Below are positions 7,245 to 10,754 of a stretch of 10,754 nt of DNA, one piece after another. A program made the position numbers and the translations under genes. Origin of the DNA: Elusimicrobiota bacterium (lineage in GTDB: Bacteria > Elusimicrobiota > Endomicrobiia > CG1-02-37-114 > JAHJSO01). How positions within the stretch are numbered: position 1 is the stretch's first letter; the number at the start of each line of letters is the position of its first letter. Under the pieces are notes generated by a model. That model was not told the DNA's origin and searched no databases. It saw only the letters and a program-made list of their open reading frames with translations. Location of the stretch: assembly GCA_043826435.1 (NCBI GenBank), contig JBDRQF010000001.1, positions 1 through 10,754 of the forward strand, read 5' to 3'.

Positions 7245-9752
7245 TCACCAGTAGTAATCCAACTGAAGACGATATGTTGAAACTACTGATTCAACAAAAG
7301 ACGGCAGATATACTACCCCGCTGGGCGTGTTGGTGTTCCAGTTCCAGCCGCCTGTTGTAGTCGTCTCTGTATTTATAAGTGAATATTTGTTTCTGAACTT
7401 AAAGTTTACAGCCAGATTTTTTGAGATGCGGTTGTTTAATATTACATAGAGTTTTACGCCGTTGTTTGCCAGAAAATCCATCGGGACCCTGTCTTCAAAA
7501 TCCCACATTGAACCGCCGTTCTTCGTTGTCCAGCATGCTATGGCATTCTGAATCTGAAAGTGGTCTGTAAAATTGTGGGTGTATCTAATCTGTACATAGT
7601 CGCCCTGCAGCACTTCTGCCTTTAGCCGTTCATACAGGGGTGTAACCCCGAACCTTAGTTGATAGTTAAAATATCTCACATCCAGTTCGCTTTTGTCAGT
7701 AAGGCGGGACCTGATTCTCAATTGTGTCTCGTCTATCTGATAGCGGTCGTACATTATATTTTTGCTTTTGACTTTACCCTTGAGTGTAATTCTCATTTCG
7801 TAAAATGGCCTGTATTCCAGTTCTCCCTGAATATACTGATTGAAGGTGCCGGATGCCAGGTGTTTCCATATATCAACAAAAGCGCGGGTTATTGTAAACT
7901 GGTTTGACAACTGCCAGCGGGTTTCAAAAAATACCCCTTCCTCGCCCTGCGGCAGATTATTATTCCATATATTATAAAAGGGTGAACTGCCCTGCGGGTC
8001 ATAATCATTCTGTGGATTTGTCTTTTCATTCCCTAACCACCAGTCCCTGTAGTCAGCGTATTTATAATCGTATTTGAGTATATGGTCATAGAATTTCTTG
8101 TCCTCACAGAATGGCCTTGCAAACGGGTTGTCAAAACCGGTATCATACCGCCTGTACACAGTACGCAAATTCAAACTGCTGTATTGCACCCAGCCCTCAA
8201 GATTAAACGCATCCCTGCCGGCGTATTCAAGCAATGACATATCGTCTGTGCCGCGGAGCCGGGCGAACTCCCCGCTTAGAGAGAAATTGTTTATTACAGT
8301 AAGAAAGTTTGAACCCACAACAAGGCGTCTTCTCCCCTGGTATAACTTAAAATACTCATCATTGAATACCTGTTTGTAATCACCGTAGTAAAAGGCGTTG
8401 AGCACACCTTTATCTATAAGTGTTTCGGGCCTGATTTTAAACTCTCTGTCTGTTACTGATTCAAAGGCGGTCATACCAAAGTGCGTGCCTATAGTGGGAG
8501 AATAATTTATATGCCCTCCGACTGTCTGCTCGCCTAAATTAAAGGTGAAGGAAGAGTTATCAACCTTGTCACTCAATATTACATATTTCGGCCATGGTTC
8601 GTAACTGAAAGTGTTCCCGGCATAATAATTAACTGTGCCGTCGGGGTTTAATATTGCATCCTTTTTGTCGTCTGAATAAAATCCCTTTATACCAAAATTA
8701 CCGACTGTGGACTCTGCGGCGACACCCCTTAAATTTGTCTGCTCGGAAAAAGAAATATCTCCATAAAGACCGACTGTCCTGCCAAATGTGTCCCTCGGAC
8801 GCCACTCGTCCTTACTATTCAGCACAAGCCCCTGACCTATCGCTATTGTGTAATTACCTAAATAAAGTTTGTTAAGTTTAACATTTTGGGTAATATCGGT
8901 ATTTTCAAAACCCAAATATCCTTTTAGATTATCGGTTAAATTTCTCTCGCCCAAACCCTGCTCGGTATAGAACCCGAAGCGGACCCTGTCCTTCCATCCG
9001 GTCCTGAGTTTGTGAGAAACCCTCGGGGTTATCCTGTTGTAGGTCTGCATTGAGCCGTATACCCAGTCCTCATACCTGTGTCTGTATGTCCCGTAAAAAT
9101 CCCTTCTGGTTTCTTCCTTATCCAATTGTCTTTTTTCCTTCTCCGCAACGACGAAGTTTCTTAAATTGTAATATCCCCAGAAAGCAAGGTTTGGAGCCGA
9201 CCTTATCTCGGACACCCTTGTATACACGCCCCTGTTTGCTCTGTCCTTGAGTATTGCGACAGCATCCACAGCAGAAACATTCGGGAAAGCAGTTAGTTCT
9301 TCAAAGTTCATTTTATTTATATCTGCGGGGTAGGCGATGTGGTCTTCAAGTTTATCCTGAACCGCCTCGCTGTACCACTGAACCGCCGCAAGGGTGCGCA
9401 ACTGTTCGTCCAGTTCCCTCTTTCTTTTCGGGTCTTGTGGCCAGGCATATTCAACCTTTACCAGGGGCTTAATGCGTGCAAACTCCTCTGCATCAATCCC
9501 GGGGACTTTTCTTATATCATACACCGTTTTGAAATCGCCGTGTGTCATACGATAGTCAATGATTGATTGCGTATCTTTCTCGGATAAATTAAGATGTGTT
9601 TTTATCTGCTGGAGCATGGCTTTATTTATATCTAATTGCTCTCTGGGTTCATCCGATGGAACTGCAGGTACGGTTGATTCAGCCGTCGTGTAGGAATACA
9701 AACAAGGAATAATCCAAAAAATACACACCGATAAAAAAACAATGACTTTCAT
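7245..9752 (-). CDS. Helix-hairpin-helix (ComEA-like) domain-containing outer-membrane beta-barrel protein
   Basis: 835 aa with a signal peptide. HhH module 1 (aa ~40-100): LDINKA...IIDYRMTHGDFKTVYDIRKVPGI...IKPLVKV. HhH module 2 (aa ~143-202): DINKMNFEELTAFPNVS...AILKDRANRGVY...LRNFV. The remaining ~620 aa are rich in amphipathic strands (LYLGNYTIAIGQGLV, LRGVAAE, FSLSGEFA, EEGVFFETRW) and end YRLQLDYYW, a BAM-type aromatic C-terminus. Its start overlaps the upstream stop (TAATG at 9752). Confidence 0.85.
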   Translation of the reverse strand: MKVIVFLSVCIFWIIPCLYSYTTAESTVPAVPSDEPREQLDINKAMLQQIKTHLNLSEKDTQSIIDYRMTHGDFKTVYDIRKVPGIDAEEFARIKPLVKVEYAWPQDPKRKRELDEQLRTLAAVQWYSEAVQDKLEDHIAYPADINKMNFEELTAFPNVSAVDAVAILKDRANRGVYTRVSEIRSAPNLAFWGYYNLRNFVVAEKEKRQLDKEETRRDFYGTYRHRYEDWVYGSMQTYNRITPRVSHKLRTGWKDRVRFGFYTEQGLGERNLTDNLKGYLGFENTDITQNVKLNKLYLGNYTIAIGQGLVLNSKDEWRPRDTFGRTVGLYGDISFSEQTNLRGVAAESTVGNFGIKGFYSDDKKDAILNPDGTVNYYAGNTFSYEPWPKYVILSDKVDNSSFTFNLGEQTVGGHINYSPTIGTHFGMTAFESVTDREFKIRPETLIDKGVLNAFYYGDYKQVFNDEYFKLYQGRRRLVVGSNFLTVINNFSLSGEFARLRGTDDMSLLEYAGRDAFNLEGWVQYSSLNLRTVYRRYDTGFDNPFARPFCEDKKFYDHILKYDYKYADYRDWWLGNEKTNPQNDYDPQGSSPFYNIWNNNLPQGEEGVFFETRWQLSNQFTITRAFVDIWKHLASGTFNQYIQGELEYRPFYEMRITLKGKVKSKNIMYDRYQIDETQLRIRSRLTDKSELDVRYFNYQLRFGVTPLYERLKAEVLQGDYVQIRYTHNFTDHFQIQNAIACWTTKNGGSMWDFEDRVPMDFLANNGVKLYVILNNRISKNLAVNFKFRNKYSLINTETTTTGGWNWNTNTPSGVVYLPSFVESVVSTYRLQLDYYW

Positions 9753-10621
9753 TATTTTCCCGCTTTTTGTGAAAATTTATAACCGAAAGATACTAAGTGA
9801 GTCGTAGGTAAAATCGCATGGTTGTAAAGGGCGTAATCAAAACTTATGGGACCAAGACCGACCCCGAAACCGACACTGATTCTCTGGGGAACATCCTGTG
9901 CTCCGCTACGCAATATAAGCCCTTTTGCCACTTCAAACTCAAAACCTAATTTCCACATCGTTTTATTGGACAACACTTCCTTTGTAACATCCACAATTCC
10001 AACTGCGCCTTTATATGCCTGGTACGAAACGCCAACTGTTAACTCCTGGGGAAGGTTTTTGGGAAATTCCTTACCAACCTTGGGAATATTCAAATTGCGA
10101 GCGAAAATACCAACCCTGAAGTCCTTCATAACCCTTTTCATTCTGGCCATAATACCCAAATCAACGCCGAGCGTCGTTGCAGAACCATAACCACTAAAAA
10201 CCAGTGAATACATATTGAGGTTATAGCCGGCATAAAAATCCTGTAATAAATTAAATCCATGCGAGAGGGTAAGTGTTGTTTCCTTATGAATATCCGAACC
10301 AAACTCCAGATAAGAGACACCGCCCACCCCATAGCCCTTAGGCAACGGAGCGGAACTGTTAAAGGATACATTTTTTAAATCGCTAAGACCGAAAAGTTCG
10401 GTATAGCCCGATGAAATCTGCATGGCTTTTATCTGTACAAGTCCTGCAGGGTTGTAATAAATAGCGCTGTTATCATTGGCAAGTCCTGTAAACGCCCCGC
10501 AGAGACCCTGCACTCGTCCCTGTATCGGGGTTGATTCAAAAATTGCACACAAAGGGGCGACACTTAAAACCCCGCAAAAACATACCACAATAATTCTAAA
10601 ATAATAAATTTTTATTGACAT
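9752..10621 (-). CDS. PorV/PorQ-like outer-membrane beta-barrel
   Basis: 289 aa with a signal peptide. GRVQGLCGAFTGLANDNSAIYYNPAGL is the PorV/PorQ/FadL N-terminal motif. Also GVDLGIM, VGIFARNL, LPQELTVGVSY, LILRSG, ISFDYA, THLVSFGYKF. SD GGAGGG at 10626-10631. Confidence 0.82.
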   Translation of the reverse strand: MSIKIYYFRIIVVCFCGVLSVAPLCAIFESTPIQGRVQGLCGAFTGLANDNSAIYYNPAGLVQIKAMQISSGYTELFGLSDLKNVSFNSSAPLPKGYGVGGVSYLEFGSDIHKETTLTLSHGFNLLQDFYAGYNLNMYSLVFSGYGSATTLGVDLGIMARMKRVMKDFRVGIFARNLNIPKVGKEFPKNLPQELTVGVSYQAYKGAVGIVDVTKEVLSNKTMWKLGFEFEVAKGLILRSGAQDVPQRISVGFGVGLGPISFDYALYNHAILPTTHLVSFGYKFSQKAGK

Positions 10622-10652
10622 TTTTCCCTCCGGCTTCCGCGTAAATTACAAT

Positions 10653-10754
10653 CTATTGAAGAGGTGTCGCCACAACAGCAACACCTGACTTATTAGCGAC
10701 TGATTTTCCTGAATCATCTATCGCCTGTAAATGAACTATGTAACTGCCTGGCTG
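10653..10754 (-). CDS. C-terminal fragment of an upstream protein ending in an FlgD-Ig/T9SS-CTD-like tail (5'-partial)
   Basis: Manual translation from the window end gives QPGSYIVHLQAIDDSGKSVANKSGVAVVATPLQ* with the stop at 10653-10655. PGxYIVxLxA followed by a final hydrophobic strand resembles the end of FlgD_ig/CTD sorting domains. It stops 31 nt before the next start. Only 33 aa are visible. Confidence 0.6.
   Translation of the reverse strand, partial: QPGSYIVHLQAIDDSGKSVANKSGVAVVATPLQ

Noticed and set aside
7245..9752. Naming the gene comEA and calling the region a classical competence operon
   Set aside because: ComEA is a small soluble or membrane-anchored protein, whereas this is an 835-aa barrel fusion. 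No comEC, comF, dprA or pilin genes are in the window.
4754..10371. Remaining short ORFs overlapping the nucleotidase and barrel genes (e.g. 4977-5447, 8098-8379, 9846-10190, 10138-10371)
   Set aside because: Antisense or frame-shifted shadows of long coding genes, with no independent support.

Overview
A bacterial window in which every supportable gene lies on the minus strand, in a tightly packed operon-like cluster. In transcription order (right to left): the 3' end of a protein with an Ig-like/T9SS-CTD-like tail (partial); a PorV/PorQ/FadL-type outer-membrane (OM) barrel; an 835-aa OM beta-barrel fused to two ComEA-type helix-hairpin-helix (HhH) DNA-binding domains; a second FadL/PorV-type barrel; a secreted UshA-type 5'-nucleotidase; two CUT1-family ABC permeases; a UgpB-like solute-binding protein behind a perfect-consensus internal sigma70 promoter; and a secreted tandem OB-fold plus FN3-like protein (partial, missing from the ORF track). 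Two copies of a GTCATTGCGAG...GAAGCAA REP-like element sit just downstream of barrel genes. My main inference is that this is a nucleic-acid utilization locus in a non-Bacteroidota diderm: it would bind extracellular DNA/RNA, move it across the OM, dephosphorylate nucleotides in the periplasm and import the products by ABC transport. No pilus, SusC/SusD, ComEC or ABC ATPase gene is present in the window. All calls come from manual motif reading; no searches were run.
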